A DNA stretch of 64,000 nucleotides, taken from the NCBI RefSeq assembly GCF_009914755.1, contig NC_060929.1; one strand, given 5' to 3'. The position numbers and the translations under genes were made by a program. The notes beneath the pieces were generated by a model. The model saw nothing but the letters and a program-made list of their open reading frames with translations. It was not told the DNA's origin and searched no databases. Shown one piece after another: positions 26,933 to 41,604 of the stretch (positions are counted from its first letter, which is position 1; each line of letters begins with the position of its first letter). This stretch comes from the human T2T-CHM13v2.0 reference genome, Homo sapiens.

Positions 26933-29900
26933 TTCCTCCTCCATGTTCCCCTTGTCCCCTGTGCTGTTGCAGATATAATAACATCTTCCATGCTCTTGGG
27001 ATAAGTTATTGTTTTTCTTCCCAAGTAGGCTACTATAAGCTGCAAAAAGGCCTTTCATCTTCTAGCAAAGTGCCTGACACACTGACAGCACTTAGTCATT
27101 TTGTGTGTTGACTAAATGAGTGAATAAATAAATAAATGCCACAGTGGACCACCTGGATAGTTTTTAGAGTCTAGGTTCCACCAATTGGATCATGAAGACA
27201 TGCTAATCAGATGGTGAAGCCTAGGAGCTGTCTTCCTCAAAGTTTTTGGGAGGTGAAGGTGAAGGTCACAGAGAGGAAAGGACAACAGCAACCAGTGAAG
27301 ATGGAGAAAGGGATATGAAAAGGGGAGTGGTATTTGGATGGGCTGTATTGGAAGGGAATTTACAGGGAAAGTAGTAGGCGACCATCCTTCAGCTGAAATT
27401 TAGACTTTCCACTTAAAGAAAGAACTCATGCAATGAAAAACAACTTGTGTTGTACCTCCTTTACAGTATTTACAACAATAATTTTGATAGCCAACAACAT
27501 TGAGTAATTTCTGCATGTCTTTACCTATTCTTTGTAAATCCATGATCACTATTATTAGATGTAATTAGTTTGGGGCTAATTTCAGGAGAATTTTTTTATA
27601 TCAGAGGTGAAAGTTACAAATATACGATCCACATAAAACAGATTTTCTGGATTTATAGTGGAAAACACAGTAGTAACTTGTTGAGTCAAGACAAGTACTT
27701 TCATCTTAAGGTTTTTTTCTGTTTATTCCCAGTCACTGATGAGGTCAACGACTAACATAAATGAACACCTTGTCTATTGTTATGGGCTTTATTTTAACCC
27801 AAGAAGAACTATTTCCTTTAACAATACACATTATATTATCTTACAAACTGTCCTAATCGTTGATTATCTACCATTGGCCTAGTTATTTTGATGTTCCCCT
27901 TATAGTAGGAAAAGGAGTCATGCACAGTCGTGAATAAGTGAATGAACTAGATAGTGATATTTGTCACTTGAAAGAGTGATAAATTCCCATATTCTCAATT
28001 TGACATTTATTTGGCCAAGGTCTGTGTGTGTGTGTTTGCTCAAATTGTGCAGATGGAATTTACATCATCTTTACTCTAAGGAATCTGCTGACAGAGAATG
28101 AGGGGTAATTGGTTATTCATTATTTAGTGATTTCTCCCTCACTGTACTCATTTGGACCACAAACCATCTGGTAACAGCCAATGTTTTGTTAGGATTCATT
28201 TTTATTACTTGAATTGTCAGCATTTCAGACAAATTCCTGTAGGTAGCAGATTTCTTTTAAACATGCATACTCTGTAAACATTATACTCTGAACTACTGAA
28301 TTTCTTTCTTAAAATATTTAGATTTAGTGAATTTCGTTTTTGTGACCCAGTGCATTAAGACCGAAGATTTAATACACAAAAGATTTGACCACACAGCTTT
28401 TTGTTAATCTTGTTAAGTTTGTATTCACATCAATATATTATTTATATCCAACCAAAGCTTTTAATTTTCTTATATATATAAACATCTAGAACAGTAAACA
28501 ACCCTTGGGAAATTGCTTTTTAAAGTTATTTTTTTCCAACATACCTTTTCTTTACAGCACAGCTGTTTAGCAATGCTCTATGTTTCAGAAACCTCCCTAT
28601 TGGATAGATTGGGTTGAATCTCATGTCTGTCCCTATATACTTCAAATTGTGAAGAGAAATATAATTTGTAAGAAATATTGAAGAATTGGAAGACATATAT
28701 TTTAAACTAATTTTAAAAGACATGATAAAGAGTTTCAAAATTCATACCAGAATTAAAGTTGATGATAAAGCTGTTTATTTTTGCATTTGAAAATAGTACT
28801 TTATTTGTGGCAAAGTTAGTCATCTAAATAATTCTTCAGGAAGGAAGATGAGATTTTCTGGAACATATGATGAATATAAATTTGGAGATTTTTAGAGCAC
28901 AAAATTCTCACCCTTTCTCTTCTCAGAACAATATCTTTGTGTTATCATCATCTCCCTAATTAGGTCCAAATTAAAGGAATGTGAAATAGGTAGAAGGTAC
29001 TTTCAGAGAGTCCTCTGTGAACCTTACGGATTTATTAAAAAGATCATGAAATTACTAAAATATTTCAGTTCAGATAGTAATTAAATACTTATAGAAATAG
29101 GATGCATCTAGACTTTGAAAAGGAACTGAAAAGAACACTTCTTTTACTTCATTTAGGGGCAGAGGAAGCACACCAGAGCTAAAAGATTCCTTGATTAGGT
29201 GTCAGGAGACATGTGTTCTGACTCAGGTCTCTCACCAGCCATCTGGGAGCTTATCCTTCCTCTCAGTGGAGGATCCTTTGTAAGGAATTCGACCAGTTTT
29301 ACTTTAAGGTTGAGCTAAGTTAGAGAATTTACTTTGTAAGCCAAGGAGGCCATTAAAAGTGGAATTATTCCCTTGCAATTTTATTCCAAAATGATAATAG
29401 TCTTAGCAATATTTCAAAGGATAATTTAGTATAGCTAATAGCACACTTCACTTTGTTTTTATTTAATTTCATTAAGTGCCTTAAGTCTGCTTTGGATAAG
29501 CTACATGTAGATTAATAAAATAATAAACAAATGCATAACAGCAATGGTTATTATACATTTGAAATAAATTAGTGATTTATATTGTAAGTACATTAAATAT
29601 GATACTATATTAATTATTTTGGATTTATTTGCATCACATGAAATGTTTTATAGGCCAATCTCTTTTTAGGTTAAAATTTTAATCTTTAGCAAGACAGTAT
29701 TTTTTTCTTAAAGGATATATCTCCATAGTATCTTCTTGCAATTTTCAAAATGCTTTTCTCCAACTGTGTTTACATTGAGAATCCACAGTGTTTACATTGA
29801 GAGTGATATCATTTCCAATGCATGCCCATGTTGAGATGTGTGTTTCCAATATGTTTGACCACTAGCAGAGTGTTAGATATACATCATTTTGTTGGTTAAA

Positions 29901-30868
29901 AAATCATTATTTCATTTCACCTAGAGGCTACTATTAACTTGTTGACCATATTTTCATGAAGTAAGCATTGTTTGTGCATTATCAACAACTTCCATTATTA
30001 CTAACATATTGTCTAGCCTAATTAATAGAGGCTGGAAGATAGAGAGGAGAGTGGGAGAGAAAGGGATGGATTCCTCTAAGAGTGAAAAAACATTTATTTT
30101 GCAGGTAATGGTGTTAAACTGTAGTCAATATATTCTTTATCATTAAAAGTTTAAAAGTTTAAACAGAAGGACATTCTGCAGATAAATATTTTAGGACGGT
30201 TAGGTGAACAGAAACCAACCTTTCCCCATTATATAATTGAAGGTAATGTCTCACTGCAAAGTGATGGTAGCTGGATTTGTTATAATTATGAAAGCCTTTG
30301 GTTCCAACACAGGACCAAAGTGCATCCTTCAAATGTTAGGCTTTCCCTGGTTCCAGTCCTATGAAGCACTTTTTTATTTTCACTTCATCTTTGAATTTTG
30401 TTTTCATTTCCTCTAAGGTAATGTGGCAGTTATTGTAACAAACATTTTTTGTCTTTCGACCTGTAGACATAATTTTCATCTTTCAGCTGCTCTTCCTAAT
30501 GTTGGTCCAGTCCTTTAAACCTGCCCTACGGATTCTAGTCTGCCCTTCTTTGCCCTTAATTGCTTGACCTCTTATGCTTGCCTTTTTTTTTTTTATCACT
30601 TATTTTGTTCATGTTAAACACTAAGTTAAAAAATTTTAAAATGAATGATGCCACATTTCTATATAAAGAAATGAGCATTATTAATCCCTGTTGTTGTAAA
30701 ACATCATTGAAATTGTATGCTATTCTCTTTATATAAAGTCATTCTAATTATGTCACATGTTGAAGATGTAACCAAACTATTATAAAGGCTGCTTATCCAT
30801 TCACATATTGAATAGATTAAGTTTGGGTTTTTTAAGATTGTTAATTTGTTATTTTCTCTTTCCTCTAG

Positions 30869-31243
30869 TCAAAGTGGGAAAAAGCCCACCGGTGAGGGGC
30901 TCCCTCTCTGGAAAAGTCAGCCTACCTTGTCATTTTTCAACGATGCCTACTTTGCCACCCAGTTACAACACCAGTGAATTTCTCCGCATCAAATGGTCTA
31001 AGATTGAAGTGGACAAAAATGGAAAAGATTTGAAAGAGACTACTGTCCTTGTGGCCCAAAATGGAAATATCAAGATTGGTCAGGACTACAAAGGGAGAGT
31101 GTCTGTGCCCACACATCCCGAGGCTGTGGGCGATGCCTCCCTCACTGTGGTCAAGCTGCTGGCAAGTGATGCGGGTCTTTACCGCTGTGACGTCATGTAC
31201 GGGATTGAAGACACACAAGACACGGTGTCACTGACTGTGGATG
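30869..31243 (+). CDS. VCAN: VCAN exon 3 (Ig-like V domain of G1)
   Basis: CTCTAG|TC; KVGKSPPVRGSLSGKVSLPC...DAGLYRCDVMYGIEDTQDTVSLTVD; G|GTAAG; 375 bp. Confidence 0.98.
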
Positions 31244-34200
31244 GTAAGGCTTTTATTATCTGCAAGAAGGTAGTATAACATGACACCTGGTTCAGAAGCA
31301 TTGAGAAATAGCACTCAGAAGTAACTGTTGTTTGGGGTTTGGATGAGCGGAAAAACACCTGTCAATCCAGTAGTCCACGTCTTTCACCAAAAATGAACTG
31401 GTACTCATTCAAAAGTCAAGGCAGGTGCATTTTTGGCAGCCACTTCATTGATTCCATGAAGGAAAGTATTGTATACTGAAAATAACGAATACCTCAAGGC
31501 ATGACACATAATTTAATAATCATTACTTCAGTGTTGAGTCTTATCAGTGATTCTTTTTCAAGACTCTGAAGGCGAATCTACATTTTAAAAATTATTACAT
31601 ATGTGTGTATGCACATGTACATACATATACACACATATATACACATATACACATGAAAAACCTTTCCCCCTTTTTTCTCTCTTAATATGATTATTAAAAT
31701 ATTTGAGTTTGCTTTTAGGAAATTCTATCTTAACTTATACCGAAGAAATAAGGTATTTAATAAAAACCATGGTACATATCAGAGTCTTAAAAAGGCCAAG
31801 ACTTAATAAATATTTGAATTCGATCAAACAGAAATTTAGTATATTTTTTAAGATTAATATCCTAGTTGTTATCCGTTAAGTATTGCAGTGAGACATTTTA
31901 GTTTCACCCTCTTTTCAGGGGTGGTTTATATGTCATTTGAATTTAAGTTAGGAGACAAAGCAAAGAAAAATTGCTTTAATTGGGTACACACATAATGCCA
32001 TAGCCCTTGGAAGCGTAATATTTTGGCAAGTTATTAAGCAAAATTCTAATACCCAGACATGATGGAACAGATTTTCTTCCAATCCTCCATTTCCCTATAA
32101 AATATTTACCTTTCAGAAATATATACAAAGGGTTTTATTAAAAGTCTTTCTTGTGTAGCCAAAAGGAAATACTTTGAATTTCAGATGCAACACATTAACT
32201 TTCTGATACCCTTTTATATTCAAATTCCATTGCTTCCTTCTATAAATCTATTTTTATGTTGTCTAGGCATCCACTAAGTATCCTGGGTTCTTCTAACCTT
32301 TTTATCATTATTTTTGTTAGCCTCACTACTGTGATTTCTCTCTCTCTCTCTCTCTTCTGTTTACGTATCACTTTTTAAAATCCCCAAAGGAGTTTAACAA
32401 CTTCTTACCATTTTTCATCATTAAAGAATTAGCAATGGATTTGCCCCTTGCCCCTCTGAAACAATGAAAATCCTCCACTTAATCTCCTTAGCTCCATGGG
32501 GTCTTCAAATTATTCCAGCAACTGCAGATACTTATACAGATTGAAGTTCCCTGCCTTGGTCGAGGAGGCCTCTTTGTGCCCCTTTACTGCCAATCTTCAG
32601 TGCACATGGAAGATTTTTAATTACCAAGAAGACTATTTGAAGCTTTGATCAACATTAAACTAATCTAAATCTATTCAAATTCTTGCTTAAGCCTTAGAGA
32701 TCATTTTAAGCTATCTCTTATATTCACCAGATAGCACCATATATATTTTCTGGCAATTTTAGAGAGGTTCTATAAAGGTACAAATTGGCGTTTGATTTTT
32801 TTTTTTGGCAAAATCTCCTATTTGAGTCATAAAATATCAGAAATGAGAAAATGAATGCCAGTTGTCATTGCATCTACTTAGTGCCCGTGCAGGTCTTTTT
32901 GCGTTGGCACTGATCTGAGGCACTTATCTATGAGATGGGTAGTCTTTTCCCCTGTAGTCATATTACTACAGTAATATAACTCTGGAAGACAGAGATGATC
33001 TAAGGATGAACACATGGGAGACAGTCTTATAACTAGAAGTCAGGCTGCAGAAGATAAACTGTTGTCCATCCCAGGAAATTACTAGGGATAAGAAGAGTGG
33101 CACGTATCTTGGAAACCACAGTTTATCCCAAATAACAACAACAACAAAGTGTTCTTAAATGGGATGACTCTTAATAAAATCTCATTCATAAGACCCAGTT
33201 GCCTCAATTTCTATTTTTCAGTGACTTCTCTGGCATATTAGTTCAATCCACTTTGATGTCTTGCAGAAATGAGTCATCATATTTACCCCAGCTAAAAATG
33301 GAGAGACTCTTGTTGACATGGCAAGAGAGGATCCAGAGCTCCACCCCCTTGCTTGCTCTATCCTTATCCCTTTGAAAATTTCTTGAGCCCTGGAGCACAG
33401 TTCAAAACCACTAGTTTATACCACCCCTAAAATACAACAAAGTGGAATTTGAGGCAAGTATCAGGAGCTTCTACTAGGAAGAATTTGAGAATTTATTTCA
33501 GGCTTTCTTTGGATAAAAATTATACATGTTATCTGTCATAGCAGAGACCCTACGTTATGCTGGTCAGGTAAAGAATATGATAAACATTTGAATGGTACAT
33601 GGTGGTCTACTCAACATTTTAAAATCCTTTACCTAATTTGACCTTCACACCAATCAAGTAACATACATATTTTTAGTTCCACCTTATGGGACAGGAAATT
33701 AAAGCTCAGAGAAACTGACTTGTATAAAAGTAAGGAGTAAATTAGGGATTGGAACAAGTCTTCTCACTCATAAATAGTCCAGTGTCTTTTCCACTCTAGT
33801 ACATTGTCTCTGAAGGTAAATATCTCATTGTTTTACATTTGGAAGAAGTGGTGTTAGTGAATATTTTTATGAGACAGGTGAGTGTTTCATGCATAAATAT
33901 TGGGTTGACCCCGGATAAAGTCCTGAAGTAGAAGTTGATCTTGTGGTCCCCTTAGGTCTTTGTATCTTCTGCAGAATCTACTCCCTTTAGGTATCTGGTG
34001 TTCCCATGATTGCGTGAATACTGCCTGCAATCAGGACAACTATTGGGATTCAGTGACTTAAATCTCTTCCTTGATCTAGGAGATCCCCTAGGAAATTTTC
34101 TGGTGGAGCAGAATGGGATGTCTAGATGAATGGCATTTTTGGAGCCCCTCAAATCAACATGATTTTGCATAATGCTGCATGAAGTAAAAGTAAATAATTA

Positions 34201-34316
34201 TTATGATATTATTACTATGTATCCAACTAAGTTGATACATTGCTCCAATGAGAAATTTTGCACAGTGCAGTGGGAGATTTGAACAGGCTGGCAATTGTTT
34301 GCTGTTGTTTTTGCAG

Positions 34317-34491
34317 GGGTTGTGTTTCACTACAGGGCGGCAACCAGCAGGTACACACTGAATTTTGAGGCTGCTCAGAAGGCTTGTTTGGACGTTGGGG
34401 CAGTCATAGCAACTCCAGAGCAGCTCTTTGCTGCCTATGAAGATGGATTTGAGCAGTGTGACGCAGGCTGGCTGGCTGATCAGACTGTCAG
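34317..34491 (+). CDS. VCAN: VCAN exon 4 (link module 1, N-terminal part)
   Basis: TTGCAG|GG; [23 protein letters not shown]...[12 protein letters not shown]; AG|GTAAG; 175 bp. Confidence 0.98.
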
Positions 34492-34574
34492 GTAAGAGGT
34501 CTGGGGGCCACAGGCTTCATTATTAACTTGAGAGTGAGAAGAAAGTGCCACTAACTAGCCATTTATTTCCCCAG

Positions 34575-34702
34575 ATATCCCATCCGGGCTCCCAGAGTAG
34601 GCTGTTATGGAGATAAGATGGGAAAGGCAGGAGTCAGGACTTATGGATTCCGTTCTCCCCAGGAAACTTACGATGTGTATTGTTATGTGGATCATCTGGA
34701 TG
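34575..34702 (+). CDS. VCAN: VCAN exon 5 (link module 1, C-terminal part)
   Basis: CCCCAG|A; [42 protein letters not shown]; G|GTAAG; 128 bp, after an 83-bp intron. Confidence 0.97.
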
Positions 34703-35442
34703 GTAAGATGTTTGAGTTTCTATATCTTCGTATGAACTGAGAAAACTGAGGGAAGACCAGAAGTTCATTGGAATAGAGCAAGTCTTCGTGCTTGTTTGGA
34801 TTCCAAACGGTGGCATTTTGTTTATACGACTGTATGATTTTGTGGTAAAATAAGCCGAAATTAAAGTGGAAAGGCAAGGAGGAGTGTGTAAATGGTTATG
34901 CAGGTTAGAAATGTCTTCAGTTAATGGCAGGTTTTCTTACAGTCATGCTGCTCTTGGACTGTTTCCAATACACTTTTAGATCATTGAGAATAGAAAGCTG
35001 TAAGGGTGGTACCTATTCTGGTGAGAGCATAAGATAAAAATCATGTGATGACAATCCACTGTGAATCCAAGTACTGATAAACACCCCAGAGCTAACTAAA
35101 TAACTCCATAAACTAGCCCAGCAGGAATTTTCAAGTTTGACTTCCTGTTTATTTTGTTACACTAATATTCAGAGCAATCCTTCCTTCATTCAACCAGTCA
35201 ATACGTTAAACCAGTTAACACATTAAAAATCACCTACTGTGATTTTTGTAGGTACTCTGCTGGTTGTTAGAGATATGAAATCAGTTAAGATATAGCCCTT
35301 CCTTTCAAGTCGCTTACAGTCTGATTTCAGCACTGTCATTTCTCCTTTGCCTGAGTTAGAGATTCTTAAAGACAAATTTGAGTTCAATAGTACCGACATT
35401 ATCTAAAGAGCATGGTGCAGCTTTATTATAAAGGCACAGGGA

Positions 35443-35774
35443 GGTGGGCACAGTGGCTCACGCCTGTAGTCCCAGCACTTTGGGAGAGCTAGGTGGGAAG
35501 ATAGCTTCAGTTCAGGAGTTTGAGACCAGCCTGGGTAACGTGGTGAAACCATGTCTCTACATAATGCCAAAACTTAGCTAGGTGTTGTGGCATATGCCTG
35601 TAGTCACAGTTACTTAGGAAGTGAGAGAAGTGTGGGGGTGGGGGGTCCTGAGGTGGGAGGATTACATGAGCCAGGGTGTGGAGGCTGTAGCGAGCTGAGG
35701 AGATTGCGCCACAGCACTCCAGCCTAGGTGACAGAGTGAGATCTTGTCTCAACAAATACATAAATATAAGTAAA
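35443..35774 (+). mobile_element. AluJ-type element with TSD
   Basis: Dimeric Alu flanked by ATAAAGGCACA(G/T)GGA duplication; carries an extra G-rich insert near 35620-35645. Confidence 0.93.
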
Positions 35775-38700
35775 ATAAAGGCACATGGAATAGAAGTTTC
35801 TACAACTTTTGAAATGGATTTTCATTTGTATTAACAGCTATTATTAGAATCCTAAAGTATAGATAATAGTGTTAAATTAAATTATACTTTTAATTTTGAG
35901 TAGGTGCATATAAAAAGAATGATCTGAATTTTCTTATGTTTAAAATGAGGAGGCTGGACTAGATAATTTCTATGGTCTCTTTCAACATTAAAATTCTGTG
36001 ATTCCCTGATTCTGTGAATTGAATAAGCAATCTTAGAGCCCGAAAGCTAGAATATAAGCAGCTTATATTTTCCTAATGCCTTGACTAAATTTGCATCGGA
36101 AGGCCTGCTTTCAAAAAGGGTGCTTAGGTGTGGTTCTCTAGTATCTTAGCATTCTTATTTTCACTATCACTGAAGATTGCCAGATGTATTTTCTAAACCA
36201 AAAGTGCAGATGTGAGCAAATTTTATTTTTGTATATAGGAAAAGGGAAAACATAACATCCAAGCTATGGTTGAAATACATAAAACTAGAGCTTTTCTCTT
36301 GCCTTTATTTTAATTGATTTAAAAAATAGAAGAGGAGATGGTTGGTAGGAGAATCTGATTAAATAAACTAGGAAATAAATTGGATTATTGCTATTTTGGT
36401 AAGGTGGGAATTTGTATCACTATTGTTTTAATTTAGTGTAATATCTACAAGGGTGATAGTTATAAACAATATCTGAAATGCTAGTAATACTAGAAATGAT
36501 CCAGAGGTAGCTTTTGCAAAAGTATATGTAAGATCTAATTAACCTAAAAGATCTTTACCAAATATTATTTAAATGGTGGGCTTTCGTGATTCAAATATGA
36601 ATAAGCATCCCAAGCCAGATTCCTTGGTGGAAAGACAGGCTTATGTACCCATGAAGCCACCAGCCAGAGAGCCCTAGAGACCCCCCGTGTGTTTGTTTTT
36701 GAGTTTACTCTGATAGAGCTACTATCAGCTCTTAGCTCTCTAAGGCTCTAGACTGCCCAAATTCAAAATTATTTTTTCAAGCCCAGGGAGGGATTTTATA
36801 GAAGTCCCAGAAATTTCAGGGCCTCTGCAAGTACTGTTTGAAGAATTTTTGACAAGTCTTAGTGGTGGGAGTCCTTCCAGGGATTTCCTAGCCACACTGT
36901 CTTCATTGAACGATGGCTCCCCACAGTCTGCTCATAGTATCATAACCAGTGTTCAGGAACTGGACTCTGTCAGAAGAGGAGCTCTGAGGATGTATGCATA
37001 TCTCCCATGACGAGGGATTTACTAGTCTTATAGACGTCCTCTCCCACTTCCATAAACACAATCACTTCTAAAGAAGCCAGTTTGTGTCCCAATGTAACCC
37101 AACTGTATTTTATAAAGTTATTTTGGATAAATCTACATACTTGGTGACTGAAAACTTGTAATGTGGAATATAGCATAACTTTACTTAGGCTCTTTATACC
37201 AAATCAACAGAATTTTCATCTTTTTGTTTTAATATGTAAAAATTGGAAGAGAAATATAAAAGAGTCAGTTCAAATATTAATTCAAGCACTGGCTGAAATC
37301 AGTGTCAGCAAAGTAACAAGGCATTTATTTGTTTCATAGAAGAAACTTGACAATTCTGGAGGATATTCAGCATGTTTACAATAACACTGTTCCTGACATT
37401 TTTTTCCTCCTTGTTTATTGGCTCTTGGACTAAGTATCAAATCTTTGGACACTGTTCTTTTCTTTCTTGGCTTGAAAGTGAGCAGGAATGGGGGTGAAAG
37501 GTAACTTTTATGGCTGATGAGGTAAGAGGAAGATCACAAAATCATTCTTGTAAGGCTTCTCTCATTTCTTAACTGAAGTATATGTCTTCCCTTTTGAAGT
37601 ACAGACCATGGCTAATGAGTGAATTAATAAAAAATTCTTGTGGAAAGTTGACTACATAAAATTACGTCTGGTATTTCAATTGTCACGTTGATAAAAGATT
37701 ATTTGAAGGTGAGTCAAGATTCCTTGTAAGAGGCATTGCTAAATTCATGAGTCAAATAATTCCCACCTATATTTTATTATATTTGGGGGAGTCAAGTGTG
37801 TGTGTATGAGAAATGGTGGGGACAGTAAAAGATTTGGTATATTCAGAATGCATGTGATGGAACACACACATAGGAGTTATGAACCAAGGTGCAATTAATT
37901 TAGATCAGAAGCCATATATTCCAGATGGTCTGATGAAAAAGCCAATTAAGTATAAAATGAAAACTTGCTCAAAAAGGCAATTAATTTTCCGTTTTAATTT
38001 AATTATTTATTGTGAAAGATATATAGTTGACAGTATGTTGACCTGTTTTTTTCTCCTTTCTTGTTTTATAATGTCATATCTTCCTGACATATGTGTTTCT
38101 CTATAAAATTTGAATAATTGCACTAAATTAAATCCTGCTAGTTTTGGGAGAAAAATCTAGTAGGGTTCTTTTTCTAAGGTGGTGATTATAACAGTTATGC
38201 ATATTCAATGAATATTCAATTCTGCTTTTCAAAATAACCTATTAAGTTTTAAAGAGTAATTACATTAGCTATATTCACTAGTAAACATTTCAATATCAGC
38301 TCGTGTTCTTAGAAATGGTCTGGAAATTATGATGGCTTATTAGAGATGATTCAATCAGTAATAGAATGCTATTATTAAGAAATTAATGGAATTAAAATTT
38401 TAAAATGGGAATCTAGAAATTAAGATCCACAAAATAATCCTTATTAGGAATTTTAATCTTTGTTTCCCAGTAAGACAGATTTGGAAAACATTGGGAGGGT
38501 TTTAAGGTAGAGTTGAGATGATTAAATGGCTCAAGAAATTAGGTAAAGGATCGGAATTATTTAAGAACGAAATTAATAGACTGACTATTTATTTGGTTTC
38601 CTGATGGTAGCAGATACTTTAAAAAATAAGTTTCTTTTTTAGGCATTTAATTTATCCTGCAGATAAATTGGAGGATTGCAGATGAGGTCCTATTACCTTC

Positions 38701-41604
38701 TTTCATTGTTGACCCACTTAGTTTCCTTGCAAATGAGTCAATACTTCCAGTCTTGTCCCCAGACCTGACAAATGGTTGGTTCAGGAGCTTCTCTCCCCTG
38801 TGACATAGGCCTATCCTCTTATGGCCTGCATTTTCTATGTAGCCCTGCCTTTTGGTATTTACTTCACCTGGGTTAACTACTACCCTACTATTCCAATTCT
38901 CTGTTTTTTTACACAAGCTTCCAGCACTTTGACAGGCCTATACTGTGGGCACTCTCTTTCATCTCATATTCCCTCCTGAAGACCTAGGTGATTCTTCTCA
39001 TCTTTACCATCTCTGAACCTTGAATGTATGACTATAATTACCCTCTTGCAAATATTTGCTTATACTTCTTTCTCTCCTACTAAACTATGGATTGGGGGAA
39101 AGAAGGAAACATACAAATTCATTTTTGTATGCCCAATATGTCCTTAGCATATAGTAGGTGCTCCATAGGTAGAGCTGAATAAATGAGTGAATTAATGAAT
39201 TAACTTCTAAACCATTAATGCCTCCCTACTCACCTTGATTTACAATTGCTTTCTGGATAGTTTCACACTTCTCCAGGATCCATCAGTATACTATCTGCTT
39301 CCTGATTTTTTTATTGCTTTAATTTTCTTATTAGTTTGTTTAATTTCATTTTTGTTCTCTTGTACATAACTTGTAAGCCAAAAGTCTTGTGGGACATATG
39401 GGGCATGAAAGAATACCAAAAGAACAAATACGTGAACAATGAAGATGTTAATTTCTAGTTTTGCATGTTTAGCTCCTGAATTCTTTTCTGAATTTCATAC
39501 CCATATTTCTAGTTTGTGAATCACTTTTGAGTTTCATTTTTGGTTTTGGTTGTCACAAATAGTCCCCATCACTTTAAGAGTCCTTCAGGGGATCTGTTTT
39601 ACTACCATCAAAACAGTTAAACACCATTGCCATGTAATTCTCCTACTTAACGTTGTGTGTTGGTTTTGTTGGCTTCTTCCACAAGCACATACTCTGCCTG
39701 GTCTTCAAAACCTATACCTGCTCTACTGCAATCTATTCACCCTTCATTCCCACACTCTTCAATGTGACCCCACACACGTGCATCTCGCCCTGCACAGACC
39801 CTTTGCTTGCTCCTGCTTGCAAGTCTGCTCTGTTCCTCTCAGGGAACACACACCCTTCATCTCTTCAACATTGTGATTTTGCCTGTGCTTGAAGACTTAC
39901 TGCTTCCAGGATCCCCCTTTTGGCTATTGCAGCTCACACTGAAATTTCTTGACTCTGAACTTCTACTTTACTTAGAGTTAGTTCCATGTGATTTATTGCT
40001 TAATTGTTTTCTGGTTTCTTTGTGTTCATAAAATATAAAATGTTATATGTTTGTTTTATTTCAGCAAAATTATTGTAAGCTCCTAGTAGAGATAAGACCA
40101 TAAACTTCTATATGTTTCCCAACTGCAATCAAGAGCCTGTTCCAATTGCAGACACGTAATAGTTATCCAATAAATAGTTGGTGGTAATTATAGTATTTTT
40201 CCAACCTTTGTCTCTTCTGGAAACTGCCTTCCACCACCACCTTTCCATTTATCTATAACACTTGAAAAAATGCTTTGCTTTATTTACCAAATTCAAAAAG
40301 ATCTACTTTTTACCATTATTTAATCACCATGATACTATTTTTTCCTCTTTGTATTTCTCCTCTCACTCTTTTCTCCTCTCACTCTTTTCTTTGATGTCTC
40401 TTAGAAATTACTCCTTCCCAGAGATACTCCTTTCTGGCCTCTCATGGTAAATTATTTTCCTTGCCTTCCACTCCTTCCCAGCAAATTGTCCTCTCTGGGA
40501 TTGCTTTTCTTGTATTAATACCTATTCATCAATTATAGGTTATTATTTTTACTGTTTCTTGGTGTCAGAGTCCAGGATGGCTTTGTCACCTCTGTGACTT
40601 ATCTAATGCCTCCATATCATTCTTGTGCCTCACCTAGAACCAAAAACAACTTTTCCATTTTTGTTACTTTATGAGCTCCTTTAGATATGAAAATCTAAAC
40701 ATTTAGATAAACATCATCAAGTAGGTCTTAGAGCAGGGTTAGTTCTAGCTTTTTAAAGGTTTTGGTTGGACCAAAATCAGATATCGCATCTGGAGATTGT
40801 GTAATTTCTTTCCTATAGATTCTCAGATTGCCTATTAATTTTAATGAGATTTACAGTATGTAATCTACAGAATACTTCACTGATGAAGGTTATTTAAGAA
40901 TTAGTGATTTGCGTCCTTACTGGGCTTATTCAGTTAAAAAGCCACATATCAGCTTGAAGAGCCTCTTGCACACTATGATTCCGCCGATGGTTAAAGTAGT
41001 GATTCTTGATTTCAGAATCTCTTCACATTTGTTGCAGTTGGCCCTAGAAGATGCTAAAAACTTTTTAATTATCCGTAGCTTCCTATATAGACTTTGGAGA
41101 TTAACACACCTTGCTTGGAGTTGCTTCTGTGTACAGTGTTTGAACAGTCTACCTAAGAGCCAATGAGGAAAGCAATCAGGCACAGCATGGTGGGAGCACC
41201 TCTGGAAGATGATGTCCTTATACAGTGTAGTGACTCCAGTAAGATTGAGTGTGAGGTAGTTTCATGAGTAGAATGAGGAAGGAAAACATCTACTGTGTGG
41301 TGGGAGTATTATTTAACTTAAATCTTATGAAACCTTTGTCAGGCACTTTTTAAAAGAAACCTCACTTTTGCCTATAAGAAAACTGAGGCACAGACAGGTT
41401 AAGTGATTAGATATGCCTTTTTTCTTCTTCTACTGCCATAAACTCACAGGGCCACTAAAGATTCCCCAGTAGAGCAGCAGGCAGTCTTGCAAGCCAAGAA
41501 GATAAAAAGTACCCTCAAAGCTCCCTCAAATCTCTGATATCTCATTAGAAAAAATCATAATTCTTATTTGAGCAATGATTGCATTACAGATTGGATTACA
41601 ATGA

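Noticed and set aside
34492-34574. Unusually short 83-bp intron 4
   Set aside because: Canonical GT-AG intron. Retention gives an immediate stop, and there is no sequence evidence of regulated retention.
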